A stretch of 64,000 nucleotides of DNA from Antedon mediterranea (GCF_964355755.1 NC_092673.1:8556001-8620000); one strand, 5' to 3'; counted from the stretch's first letter, positions 1 through 13,800 are shown. The notes: a model not told the origin generated them from the sequence alone. Numbers and translations: made by a program.

Positions 1-2584
1 TTTTTAGCGTTGTGACCCTGACTTCCCGAACAGTTTTTTCACATCCACGCGGTGGCTGCCGTCAACAAATCAACTTGTGATTGCATGTTGTTATGTACAG
101 TATAATGCGTATATGAAAAATCATAAAACTAGTCATGTAATTATATAATTCATAATGATATGAAGTTTATATATGAATGAAGCAACCACTTTTTAATTAC
201 AAAATAAATAGGCCCACTGGTCACGTCTAACTGGTAGCCCTAGCCTAGATTAGTGGATCCCGTATTAGTAGGCATCTAGGCTTGTTCGTCGTGTGGCTCG
301 GCTATGAAATGATCCATCGCTGTTGATAAGTATAGAGTTGCCGATTACCTCGCTCTGGGCATGCGCAATAGCGTGTCGGATTCCCTAACGGTGGGCAGTT
401 GAGTTCCGGTGCCGGAATCCTAACCACGGCGTACATTTTTTTTGCCGTACATTTAAAGTAATATTATTTTACCGTCTGAATATTTTGGTCAAAATGAATA
501 TTGATTATTAAAGGTTAGATTTTTTTATTTTACAGGTCCCAAAGATGCGTGTACTTTGTAAAAATTTGTTTCTTTATGAATATAATAAATGTAAAACATA
601 CGAATAATTTAAGTGTTTTTTGACTGGCATATCACCTCTTTAAAATAAATGATAGCTTTGCGATATAAGGGAAGTACGCTTCATTTATAATTTCCAAACA
701 AAATGTCCTAGGATGAGTTTTACAAGGCTCATTAAACATTAGTGCCTTGGTTTTAATACCTTAGTAGTACACACAAATGATCTTTGAAACTGGCGATAAC
801 GATAACCGTACATACATACATATGGGATCCTCCTCTTCTACGTCGTAGAACTGGAGTCAAAAACCTATTCAGCACCAGATAGCCTACTAAGGTGTTCGTT
901 AAGAATTCTCTTCGATTGTGTAATGGCTTTGGCTTGCCTGATTTCCATACTTAAAATACGAGAGATTTTAATCCACGGATCACGATAGTACCATCTTGTT
1001 GGAACAGCAAACAGCAACTGATAGGATTTTTTTTTGTCATTGTCAGACGCATTTCATCAAAAACAAAGGCGGGCTAAAAACCGACGCTGAACAGTTACTA
1101 TGCGTTAAACAAGAAGGCCTATCTTTTTTTTTATATATAGTGTGATCTTCTCTTTGCACACTCATATTAAATTTCAATTTCCAAATATCCCAGGAGGAGG
1201 GTTCGATCAATTACGCGAAGATTCTTTTTTTTTTCTCATTTAAACCAGAAAATTTTAATCTTTGACGTGAAGAACAAATTGTTGCAATGTGATTCGGCAT
1301 CTGGTTGTTTGGTAATTACTGATCATGCACACTTTTATTGGTTAAAAAATTAACCAATATTTTGTTTTGGCTGTGGAAACGGCTGTATAGAGCTGCACGC
1401 ATGCCATGCATGCGCTGTCGCTAAAACTAATAAATCCAGTCGGCGAAAGCATCTAACAGTTGGAATGTACAAGGCTTAATTTAGGCTAGTGTCTTACCGT
1501 AATCATTCACAACAAGTAGCTGATAAATACCAAGTATTTATAAGAGACACTAGTTTTAATGTTTTGATTTGTCCACTATATTCTATATCATATGCTTATT
1601 TATACTTGTCTTATTTCTGCATATTATTATTATACATAACCCCAAACACAGCTCATAACACAATATATAATATATATATATCTTTTTTTCAGTTGTATTT
1701 GTATTTATTTTTTAAGCACTTGAGTTTACATGTATCCCAAACGTAATAAGTTACCGGTATCTGTTTGATAGTGTGGGTACATAAATGAATCGTATATTGT
1801 AAAACAGAAAAAAAGATTAGATTGATAGGCGCGGCACAGAAAGAATGTCCTAAGTTGTTATTGATGTATAAATAATGAAGTATTAATACTGGTAAATAAT
1901 TTATAATATTAATATTATATCTAAATAATTTCCGACATTTAAATAATACAATTTGTAAAATAAAATGAAAAAAAAATAATAAATTGAGGAAAACAAAATG
2001 TATTATAGGTTTAATATATTAATAACATTCTTACATTATAAATGTAGAGTGCAACGTTTTCTGAAAATATCATTAATATTCACTGCAGTGATGACAATAT
2101 GCACACCAGAAATATCGCTGCTGTTTCTGGAATTGAAGACCGCAGATTCGACTTAATAATACAGTATTAGTAAAATATTAACATTTTAACACACATGGCG
2201 TGTCATACATATTCAAGAATAATTACAATTCTGGCGGTCTCAATGAACAATACTCATTTTGTCCTTTTTGGCATTATGAATTTGGCAATTCCATAACCGG
2301 CGGCCGAAATGACTGGCTGTGACACCCTCACTGTGACCATTTTTTTTTAAATTCCACCTGAGCGATTTGCTTGTAGTCCCATACCTTTTTATATTTCGAG
2401 CTCCTTAATTCTTAATTTTTTGATATTTACTTTACTATCACTTTTTGTAAATCATGTGCAATTTGGCTGTGAGGCCATGAGATATGATTTTTGTGACATT
2501 TAAATGTTTTTATAAAATACAAAATTATTAAATTAAATTAATGACCATACTCTTTTCCTTTGGGTTTTGAGTGAGTGAGTAAGT

Positions 2585-4140
2585 GGGCTGATCGTCCCGA
2601 AAACAACAGAAAACAAACCGAAAACAAACCAAAAACAAAATAAAAAAATCTTAATACCGAAAAAAATGTGTATATGTATATTTAATGTCGCCCTCTACTG
2701 ATGGGTGTTTCTAGAGCTAAGACCATGACAGAGAGAAGACCGCGTGGGCAAAAGTCAAGGAAGACCCTACGAAATGGTAGTGTGCACAAAATACAAACTA
2801 AAAATCGTACAAACTCATTGATAACACTGTACATTTACTTACAGAATCTATAAACATATTTTGATTTATTCTTTCGGTTTTTGATCCAGAGACCAACGCT
2901 TGTACTCCTCACATTAATTGTGAATATGTTCATATAATTATAGATTTTCAAAAGATAATAATACAAAAATGATATGTCTATTTCGTGCCTGCTTACCTGG
3001 ATAAACCGACAATATAGCCCTCTCTCTCTCTCTGAAGAGAGGATACAATTACGAAAAAGAAAAATCCGTCTAGCACCCCTATCGGATAATGGTCACGTCC
3101 GCAACCACGCCCTCAGGAGGGAGCCATCCAACGTAGTAGCGTCATCATTTCTTTTCGTACCGCCATAGCGTGTGTACGTGATACAGAAACGAAATCTGAA
3201 GAATTTCAAGAATTCAAGGAATTCCTTCCAGTGCAAATACAAGACGAAGCTAAGTTCTTTTCTCAATCACGATCTAGTTGATTAGAGGCAGGCTTAGCTA
3301 TTTCCTTGTTGTGATACGTTGAAATCCGTTATTCTAGGCCTAGAATAGAAATAATTGATACGTTGAGAACCTAGCGTGGCTAGGATAGAAACAAAGCACT
3401 TCCGTTTAGTTTAGTCTACGGCGGTACGAAAAGAAATGATGACGCTACTACGTTGGATGGCTCCCTCCTGAGGGCGTGGTTGCGGACGTGACCATTATCC
3501 AATAGGGGTGCTAGACGGATTTTTCTTTTTCGTAATTGTATCTTCTCTTCGGAGAGAGAGGGCTATATTGTCGTTTTATCCAGGTAAGCAGCACTCATAG
3601 ACTACCAACACCATTGTTGGTTTGTGTATTTAAGAATATTGATAATATTAGGGACTATAAAGTATACTTAAAACAAGCTCACGATAAAGGATTCACAATA
3701 AAATCTATTCAGTAAAATTACCGTAGTCGAGTAATGTTTTTATCCTTAATCACTTCAGTATTAAATTCAGTGACAAAAATGCAAAGTTAGGTAAAATCAT
3801 GCTTTGTTTTTGAAAATCTAAAGACTAAAAACGAAATATGTTTATATATTTTGCAAGTAAATGTAGCCTACAGTATTGAATTTGTATGATTTTGAGTTGT
3901 ACAGTATTTTGTGTACACTAACATTTCGTAGGGTCTTCCTTGGCTTTTGCATGCGTGGTTTTCTCTCTGCATGGTGTTAGATTTAGAAACACCCATCAGT
4001 AGAGGGTGACATTAAAATAGTATATTGTACAAATTTGTTTTCGGTATTCAGATTGTTTTATTTTGTTTTCGGTTTGTTTTCGGTTATTTTTGGTTATTTT
4101 CGGTGGTTTTCGGATGTTTTCGGTAATTAGACTGACCCAG
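2585..4140. mobile_element. Non-autonomous TIR element with diverged inverted arms of about 260-290 bp
   Basis: 2590-2845 is the reverse complement of about 3853-4130 (e.g. GATGGGTGTTTCTA/TAGAAACACCCATC, GGAAGACCCTACGAAATG/CATTTCGTAGGGTCTTCC); subterminal CCGAAAAC repeats. Confidence 0.75.
2976..3602. mobile_element. MITE with near-perfect TIRs of about 185 bp, nested in the previous element
   Basis: 2985-3168 and 3416-3594 are almost exact reverse complements. Confidence 0.85.
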
Positions 4141-4401
4141 ATAGCCTCCGGGGCTACATTTATGACTTGTACAGATAGACATAGCATATTTTTTACGTCG
4201 TAGCTATACTTAAAAGCCGGAGAAATAAGCATAACATCATGTTATTTCATTGTGTACATGTGGAGATATTGGGACATGCCCTCACCTCAACATAGGTTTA
4301 ATAGGTTCTAGGTCCAGGCAGTGACACAACCATTTTCCTGACTAGGTTGATTATTGATTTTATTAAAGCTAAATTCAAAAATGTCATTTTTGTATTTATA
4401 G

Positions 4402-7400
4402 TACTCTTGATCCAGATGACTTACGCTGTGCCTGCGCTTATACAAACAGAAAAGGTCAAAGAAAACTACCTGAGTGGAGACAACCTTCATCAACCTCTAG
4501 TGGCAGCAGCAGCAAAGATGGAAAACACCATATTGCAAATTCTGGAAATAATGGCCCACAGGGAAAAAACAGGGAATATTATCCATCAACAAATGTTAGT
4601 CCACAGTCTATCACGTAGGTCTTAATTCCATTAATAAAATGTTTGCACTGATGAAGAGCTAGTGTTGCCTGAAAGCTCTGCTACTTTTTCTGGCTGTTTT
4701 GATTTAGCTTTTTGCTTATTTAATTTTGTATCTCCATTGAGATCTAGCCACAACATTGAGTCATTTTTTCAGTAATTTTGCTTTGGAGTAATAAAATGTT
4801 TGTTTATACAATTAAAAATGTTCAATATGTTTTCAAAATTAAAATTACATTCAATTAGTAAGCATTCTTTTGAAGAACTCAGCATGTCAACATGGCGTTT
4901 GGTATTACAACCTAAAAAAAGTCTTCCCAAAAGCTCTCAATGATGATAATCTCAAGGAAAATATATTCTAGATGTAAATGTAGATTCTTTCTTCAATTTT
5001 TAATAAAGATCATGGTCACCAATTATATTTATTATTTTACAAGAAAGCTTTGTTACAACCGCTAATGTAGAAAACAGCTAATGTCGAAACAACCGTTAAT
5101 AGAACAATCTATTTCTTTTTTCTCTATTAGGCCAGTATTAGTATCATCAAAACATTTTGATGAGAGTAACGATAGTGATGAGCAATTGTTAACTCCAATG
5201 CAATGGGGCCTTGTACCATCCTGGCATAAAGGTGATCCTTCTCAAGTAACTTACAAGATGAATAACTGCCGCAGTGAAGGCATGATGGGTAAATCTATTT
5301 TTAAAAAACCTTTCGAGAAAGGTCGTAGATGTGTTGTACTTGCAGATGGGTAAGTATAATTGAGCTTACAAGAATAAATAATTCAAACATTATAACATTC
5401 AGTTTTAGATATATTCATATTCCAATCTCTATTTAAATCTATGGCAGTTTGGACCAAGATTCTAGTCTTCTAAACTACAGTATGCTAAACTACATGTGGA
5501 TTTTTTTCTGATGCAACAAAAAAAAATCTCTAAAATTCTTACAATCTAGCGTGCTTCAATTCACATTTTTCCTTATGGTGAAATACTACTGTAGTGACCT
5601 TACATTTTCCTACTTCACCACTTGACTATATGTTGCTGTTGAGTTGAAAAGTCATTCTAACACTCACCAGAATCACTTTTGAACTCAATAGCTGTGTCGT
5701 CATTAGCCAACATGTTATTGGAAAAAGTGTGAAAGTTAAACAGCTGATATTGACATCATAACTACGTTTGAAACTGAAAACTATAGTACTGTATATAAAT
5801 ATATGGTCATGCTACATGCTTAATTGATGAGTAGAAATGAAATGACAACGCGCAAAACAATTTATTTGGTATTGGGCCTGTTTCCACTACTTTTGCATTT
5901 GTTAATATATATATTGTTTAACATATTTTTTTAAGTTAACCATTTCTTTTTTCAGATATTATGAATGGAAAACATCTAAGGATTCAAAAACAAAACAACC
6001 ATTTTTTATTTACATGCCACAGAATAGTTGTAATCGTCTTTCCGAACTTTACATAAAATCTGATAATCAAATTAAACAAGATCCTGCAAAACTTGATGAT
6101 GATGTCGAGGAGGATTTTGAGGAGTGGACTGGCCATACATTGTTGGCAATGGCAGGCATATTTGATTGTTGGATCCCTCCAAACGTTAGTGTTTTGTACA
6201 ACAAGTTTTGTATCGTACAATACTTTCAATATCGTTATGTGGTTTTAGTATAAAGCTTTATAGCACTGGGAAAGATGCATGGTATAGATATGTTGTGATA
6301 GAGGGCAGTAGATAGTTTTGTTATACAAGACTAAATTACACAAGTGCACAATTACTACCTGATGACACTCGCTTGCAGACAATTACATCAGAGTGGGGAA
6401 AATCTGACCAAGTAACTTATTGATGTAATAGACACTTTGTATAGTTAAACAATTATTATATTTTAGGATGGAGAAGCACTTTACACATATACAATAGTCA
6501 CTACAGAGGCATCTTCTGGTGGTATGGCAGATATACATCACAGAATGCCAGTTATCTTAAATGGTAATGAGGAAATTCGAGATTGGCTTGATTTTGACAC
6601 TGTTCCTGCTCATGAGGTATATATCAGTTTAATTTATTCTATTTAAATTCAATGGGAGGTTCCCGTCTTACATGAAATAAATACACACAATTATGAAATA
6701 TAACCAAATCTTGTACACCTTAAATAAAAGGACATTTTAAACTTTAGTTTAAGGACAAAGGATCTAACAAAATAAGTGAATTAAATAATCTAGAAAAATG
6801 TGAATAAATGAATCTGAAGAATTAAATATGACCACTATTAAAAAATTTAAAAAAAAATCTTGAAATAAGTTTGTTTATCCAAAAAAAAATACTATGTGTG
6901 CTTAGCTAGGGCAAGCATACTACTCTTGAATGACTGTTGCACTTCCTTAAATACAGTACATAATCAATGTAGTTTATTCAATATAATAGGCATTCAAGAA
7001 GCTTGTAAAGAGTGTCAAGTGCCTTCAGTTTCATCCTGTATCAAGCCAGGTTAACAATTCACGATACAAGGGGTTAGATTGTGTTAAACCAATAGAAATT
7101 GGGTAAGTTCTTAATTCAGTGTCCCATCAGCTGTAAACAGCACAACAGTAACTCTGGTCATCCTTCTCAAGAGTTCATTATTAAAGACACCTTCCCTACA
7201 ATTTTTAATATTTTGTGAAAATAATGCATATATATTACTTTAAAAACATTTAACTAGGTCTTTGTATTAAATGTATGTTTTATGTTAAATTATGATAAAA
7301 AGAGAGAAACAATGCACTACCTAAGCTTGCATCGAATGTCCTCTCGTGGACGGTCTTTAGGCCTAGCCAAGCTAGGCTTAGTTCTGTAGGCCTACAGTAT

Positions 7401-8298
7401 TAGTAAAGTACGAACATCGTACACTAGCTATAGGCCTAGCCTGATGTTGTCTTGTTGCTGCATTATTGGTCTTTCTGTTTTTGCGTGAATCCGTTAATAC
7501 AGATTGGGAAAAACCTGGCATTTTTGCTGAAAAGTTCCGATTTCCATTTTTCTATCTAAATATCAATCCATGCGCAATGTATATAGAGCGTGCCGCTTAA
7601 ATTATTAAAATCAACAAAATTTTTATATTTATTACTGTTTAAAGATGAAAAAATGTATCACAATAGGACCATATATTATTTATTTTGACTTTAAATGTAG
7701 TTTGTGACCTTAACTTAGGTTTAAAAAAATGTAGGTCTAGTGTCTTTAATTGTTTTAAGTAAAGTCGCACTAAAAGACCAAATGGTTTTTGTCTGGCATA
7801 TATATCTGTGTTGGCATATTTTAGGTTAGGGTATTACTGTTATAAAAATAACACACAAGTCAGAGTGCGTTAGTGTAGATGCGGCACACTCAAAGGTATG
7901 TACAATGGTACGACATGCACATTGTGAACACCCAAAAGTGTGTACCGAATCTCCACTAATGCACAAACTTGGGTTGTGCGTTATTTGTTTTAAAAATGTG
8001 TACCAGAAATGATGAATTTTTTTTAAATTAAATTGAGATTTCTTATTTTTTCAGTAAGCCTCCTCAGTCAAAAAGTAGTAATTTAATGAAGTCATGGTTG
8101 AAGAAAGCGACTCCTAAAAAAAGCTCTATAACTCCAATAACAAATGGTACAAAAATGAAACAAGTGTCAAGTGTCAAGCGCAAGTCTATGATGGAAGAAT
8201 GGATAGAAAAAGCAAAAAGTCCTCACAAGAAAATTGCATATGATGATGAGTCTGTAAGAAAAAAAATAAAAGAAGAAACGAGGGAACAGTTAACTTAG
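4402..8298 (+). CDS. HMCES: Abasic-site processing protein HMCES (SRAP domain), spliced, 5'-partial
   Basis: Exons with GT-AG ends and continuous frame: 4402-4614, 5131-5349, 5956-6184, 6467-6616, 6990-7102, 8055-8298. Motifs match HMCES: CACAYTNRKGQRKLPEW, PMQWGLVPSW, NNCRSE, GRRCVVLADGYYEW, LAMAGIFDCW, YTYTIVT, IHHRMPVIL, FHPVSSQVNNSR, C-terminal MMEEWI (PIP-box-like). The N-terminal MCGR exon was not found in the window. Confidence 0.95.
4643..4790 (+). mobile_element. Degraded PLE pLTR fragment with hammerhead motif (4645-4681) in an HMCES intron
   Basis: GCACTGATGAAGAGCTAGTGTTGCCTGAAAGCTCTGC followed by the same tail as the other two copies; stem II carries mismatches. Confidence 0.75.
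7185..7745. mobile_element. Kolobok-like non-autonomous element
   Basis: TTAA|AGACAC...CCTACA and TGTAGG...GTGTCT|TTAA: TTAA on both flanks and AG...CT termini. Confidence 0.6.
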
Positions 8299-8655
8299 AT
8301 ATTTACATGCTTTTATTACCCACTGAAACACAGTTTACTAACAAATAATCTAAAATGTGTGTATGATCAGGTGAAATTAATCATTATTATAAATAACAAA
8401 ATAGAAAACAAATTATTTCAATTTTCTTTATATCTTGATCCAAAAATATCATTAACCTTATAAAAAATAATCCTAATGAAATCACTTATTGTTGATGAAG
8501 TGTAAAGCAGATTAAAAATCTACAATATGTAAGCTTCCCTTAAAAATTCTATTCATAGCTAAAACCTGATGTACCATAGATTCACATGATGTAAAACACA
8601 AATATAACCAATATTTAACAAATTGGATAACTCCCTCCCAAGATATAATAATCTA

Positions 8656-8933
8656 ATACCATTTTCACACCTGCATAAATTGTACCATGGATTAGTTTGA
8701 TCTGATGTATTACATGTTTTCATACATGCACATGCGAACCATGAAAAATCTTGTAAGGAAGCATATTACACGCTATTTGATTACTATAATTGGTCATTTT
8801 AATATGAGGGCAAATGCATGCACGAGCATTACCCACTGACGGCGGGACAAAAACAGTGAAATCTTTTGTTTTGTCTTCACACTATACAAATCTGGTTACA
8901 AGTTGTTACTTTTTGCAGGTGTGAAAAAGGTAT
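8656..8933. mobile_element. MITE downstream of the HMCES stop codon
   Basis: ATACCATTTTCACACCTGCA ... TGCAGGTGTGAAAAAGGTAT terminal inverted repeats. Confidence 0.55.
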
Positions 8934-9570
8934 ATTAGGAATAATACGTTCGTAAGGTTTTTGTAGTTGTATCTGGTATAATTGTAATTAATGCTCAGTA
9001 AATTGAGCACTTTGGGGCTCGAACCCATGACTTTCAGATGACTATCCTGATATAGTAGTTTATATGTTGTGAATCTAGATTATGCCTCTAATGATCAATT
9101 TTAACTTCCTATATTGAACTACACATGTAATAACATTTAAATGCAATATTAAAAAAACGAGATTAGTACCAGTAATAAACGACAAAATATGTACAGAGTA
9201 TTTAAAATCTTATTAGAGCTTGTGTGATGCTTTTAGAAATTACTTGAGTTTGTAGAAAAGTTGCGAAATACCGTGTACAGTTAGATTATAATAGTTCATA
9301 AATCGATATAGGCCTAAAGAGAGATTTCTGAAAATGGTAAAAAATGGAGAAGTTAATAATAGTTGATTAACTATTTAATTAAGAATGCAGTTTTTTCCTT
9401 CAAAATCATAGTGATTAAAGTGATATAGTATATAGAAACTTCTTGATAAAAATAAAATGGTTGTACGTAGCATTCGCGACGTCGATCTTACAAGTCCGAT
9501 ACAGAAATTTGAGATGATAACCTTTTTAAATAGAAAACGACGTAAAGCATTTTATTTAGCATCAAAGGGC

Positions 9571-10660
9571 CAAACATCACGCCGTTAAATGTAAAAACGG
9601 TCAGTTTTGACGTTAAATGTGCAAAAGGTATTCTACAAATGTGCAAATCATTTATTCAGTCAAATTCCTATTACACTTTATATTTTTGGTTCGTAGGTCT
9701 TTCAGAGTAGAAATAACAATAGGAAAAAGAGTCTAATAAATTTAAAATGCTCAATATCATAATAACTAATTATACTGTTGTATTTTATTATGATCAAAGG
9801 CTTTAACCCGTCTAAGTCAACTCGCCCTGAAGTCAACTCGGCCTCACGTCAACTAGGCCACCTTAAAGTATGAAACGCAAAAGTGCAAATGAATGGGACA
9901 AAATAAGTCTAATGAACAGAAGAAAAATAATAAAAACGAAGTACGCATGTTATAGGGATGAATATTATAATGAATGTGAATGTTAGTTGACCCCTCCATG
10001 GTTGACCGATTAGTTTTTGGCCGAGTTGACGTGAGGCCGAGTTGACTTGAGGCCGAGTTGACTTCAGGGCGAGTTGACTTGGGGCCGACTTGAATTTAGC
10101 CGAGGCGATTTAGAGCCTTTGATTATAATAAAATACAACAGTATAATTAGTTATGATATTGAACATTTTAAATTTATTATACTCTTTTTCCTATTGTTAT
10201 TTCTACTCTGAAAGACCTACGAACCAAAAATATAAAATGGAATAGGAGTTTGGTTGAAGAAATGCTTTGCACATTTGTAGATTACCTTTTGCACATTTAA
10301 CGTCAAAACTGATCGTTTTTACATTTAACGGCGAGATGTTTGCACATTTGCGGGTAATGAATTTTTACAGATTTGCACATTTGATAGTAAAATGTTTGCA
10401 CAAATGTGGTTGTTTGCACATTTAAAGGTAAAATGTTTACACAAATGTGGCTGTTTGCACATTTGAAGGTAAAATGTTTGCACAAATGTGGTTGTTTGCA
10501 CATTTAAAGGTAAAATGTTTACACAAATGTGGCTGTTTGCACATTTGAAGGTAAAATGTTTGCACAAATGTGGTTGTTTGCACATTTGAAGGTAAAATGT
10601 TTGCACAAATGTGGCTGTTTGCACAAATGTGACTTTTTGCACATTTCACGGCTCCACAGT
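9571..10660. mobile_element. Foldback element: inverted arms of about 290 bp, inner 16-bp GGCCGAGTTGAC repeats, outer 41-bp tandem array
   Basis: 9571-9860 is the reverse complement of about 10018-10342; about 6 copies of AATGTTTGCACAAATGTGGTTGTTTGCACATTTGAAGGTAA at 10390-10630. Confidence 0.8.
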
Positions 10661-10843
10661 CCTTCATAAAATCTTCGTTCGCGAATTGAAGCAACCCAAG
10701 AAGAAGTAAAAAGCAGTAATAGAAACTGCTTGCAAAATACTACGATAAAAAATCATTGTCAACTTATTCAAATATTAAAATATAAATTAATATGTACACT
10801 ATAATATTGATCCAATTTGATTCCAAAATGTTAATTAATATGC

Positions 10844-13800
10844 TTAATTTAAATAGGGATTTTCTATTTCATTGTCATTGACTTGCGTAGATTGATATGT
10901 AGGTATTTCATATGGGTTAGACATTTGTGATTCCAGGTCTGGTGTGCAAGTCATGTACATGTTTGGGGAACTAGACGTAGGAGTCATATACACATCATTA
11001 GGTTGAATGGGAGTCTCGTATAAGTTTTCGCTTGTAGATCTTATAAACGTCTCATAATTGTCTGCAGTGTTTTTTGTTGTTGTTGAACTTTGACATTCCT
11101 AGTAGAAAGAAGCACAACAATAACAGTTTAATTTAATCAGTTAATGAATTAGTCAAAGGATTCTAGGCGACGATTCTGGTTATCTCGGGAAAACCCAATC
11201 AAAAAAGCCGCTACATAAAAAGAAAAAATAACATACTAGGCCTATATTGGACTGTTGGACATTCGTGGCAGTTTGTGCATAAGACAAAGATATTCTAATA
11301 TTTCATTTTAATGCAAAAGTAGTGACTAGTGACCAAAAATAAAATACATACCGCTTCTGTAATTAGATTAACAGATTCCATTGGTAGATATTCATTTTTC
11401 GTCACAGTAGCATTCTCTAACAAAGTGTCTAGTTCATTAAATAAAATATCAAAGGTCGGTCGTTTATCAGGAGATTTCTTCCAACATCTCTTCATTATAG
11501 AATATCTGAAAAGGTAGAAAATATTTTTAAAGCAAGAAAATTCCTTTTTGAATGGTTTGCCATTAATAAAAATACCGTCTTCTGTATTTAAATAAGTTGC
11601 GATAAATAAAGTATTTAAAGAACAAGGCCAACAGCCATTAAGTCGCGTGCTACAATGCATAGTGATACCGGACCGACAGACAGACCGACAGACAGACCGA
11701 CCGACCGACATAGTGAACTATACTGACCGAAATTACTGAACAGGTTTAAAAATGTTGAAATGTTTAAAAACATTTATATTTTTTTAATTTACACGTGCGT
11801 AGCCTGTCACTTTTGACGTGCTCGTATAACGTAATTTCGAGTTGAAAAGTAAGTCAAGAAAACAGAAATCGGGCAAAAAGAGTGCGCAATAACATTTAAC
11901 GCGCAGTGCGCGCGCAAAAATATGTGCACTCATGGCAATTTTGTAAACGATTAAAATTGCCTGAAACGTACTCTTATTTCATCGAAAATAAATTTTGAAA
12001 ATTTTAAGCGCGCGTACGCATGCGTTACATGCGTTACGCACGTAATTGTATTGCCATAATGATGATTTATTCCCTGAAATTTATGAGTACCAAATTTTAT
12101 TTAATTGTGATTCATGGTTGTGAAGATATGATTACAAACGTGATTTCGTTAAATCGTTTTTTATTGCGCACCGTGAAAACATAACCACATTGATTCCTGG
12201 CCATAAGGAATATACTGTGAAAAATTGACCTAGCTAGATTAAACTGATATCAAGATAAGGTCAGAAAGCGATAAAACGCATAGTGATACCGGACCGACAG
12301 ACAGACAGACCGACCAACCGACCGACATAGTGAACTATAGAGTCGCTTCCACGCGACTAAAAACGTACAAGATTACGTAAGCGTCGTAACAATACATGGT
12401 TGTTTGTTTGTGTCTAGGCCTAGTAGAGGCCGGCCGAAGGTTAAATCATAGTCTGCACTTTACCAAACTATAGTTTGCCACGCTGTTTAGAAAATGTTGG
12501 GGTGTCTGTCTAAAATAATTACTAGAGACTGCGGGATCACAGAACTACAAAGACTGTTTAATATTTGATTCGCTTCGGCAACCTAATTTGTCAAGAAAGT
12601 GTATGGCCTAACGAAGTTTCTCAACAACACTGGTCTAAACTGACAAATTTGCAAAACCTTTTTGTTAAACTGGAAGTTTTCAACCTAAAGCTTGTCATTT
12701 TTTAAATAAAAGAAGAAACGATCTTATCTAGCAAGACTGAAGAAAGGAATTTGGAAAACGCAAATGAAATACGAATGTGTATAAGCTGACGATGATTAAA
12801 CGCGATTCAAGTTTATTACGCAAGAGGCAAGATTACAAAAGAATTTTCAATGTGCATCAGTAATTTCGCGCCGATCGTGATCACTGATCCTGAATTTAAC
12901 GCTATGGATTTTTTGCGTTATTAATTAAAGTCTTTTTCTCTATCTCTATTAAATTATGATGAAAAAGCTTGTATAATGTTACATTCTCAAACCTACTAAA
13001 ACTTATCGGAGTAATATCACGTAAACATCGTGGAGGTATAGGAAATTAGGTCGAATGTAAACTCGGATATGAGCGTATGAGTGCACAGAACTGATTTATC
13101 TCTCGCAGTGTAACATCTTTTAAGATGTTAATTAAAATTACTAATGCAGTTGGACTGAAATAGCAATAAAATGTATTAGTATTAAGTTACTTACACTTGA
13201 TGAGGACAGTTGTCTGGCTGTTTCATTCGGTATCCTTTTTGCAGTTTCTTCGGAAGCATGTCTATGAGAACATCAGAATATGGAACTTTTCCATAGGTAA
13301 ATATTTCGTACAAAACAACACCAAAAGACCATCTAAATTGTACAATATACATACCAGTAATTATAAAATTATAATACCTACTAGCCGATATTCAACTACT
13401 TAACTAAACTATATGACAAAAGAAATCGTGCTTTTATTTATCATAATCTTCCATTAAAATAAATAGCCCTAGACGATGGTTTTGTGTGATAATTAATATA
13501 CAATATTTTAACGTTTGTATTAAAATAGATTAATAGTTATAGTTATATTTTTCTCTTTTAAACTTACACATCACTTTCTGATGACATCCGTTTTTCAAAT
13601 ATTGTTTCCAAGCTATACCATTTTAAGGGAACTTCACCATCGGATACTTTGATGTAGCCTCTCTCATATACGTCTTGTCCGAGTCCAAAATCAGCAACTT
13701 TTGCAATCAGGTTTTCTCCCACTAGAATGTTTCTTGCTGCTAAATCACCGTGAACTATTTTGTTTGCAGCGACATAGTCCTATGAATACAGGAGTATGAA

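Noticed and set aside
1-4401. HMCES first coding exon (MCGR..., catalytic Cys2)
   Set aside because: No matching ATG-TGY-GGN exon with a phase-2 donor was found; probably upstream of the window, so loss of Cys2 is not claimed.
4347-4625. 92-aa ORF with a signal-peptide-like start
   Set aside because: Alternative frame over HMCES exon 4402-4614; the other frame matches HMCES.
9005-9050. B-box-like GGTTCGAGCCC on the minus strand
   Set aside because: No complete cloverleaf or A box; at most a decayed SINE head.
10303-10694. Cys/His-rich repetitive ORFs in three frames
   Set aside because: Translation products of the 41-bp tandem repeat.
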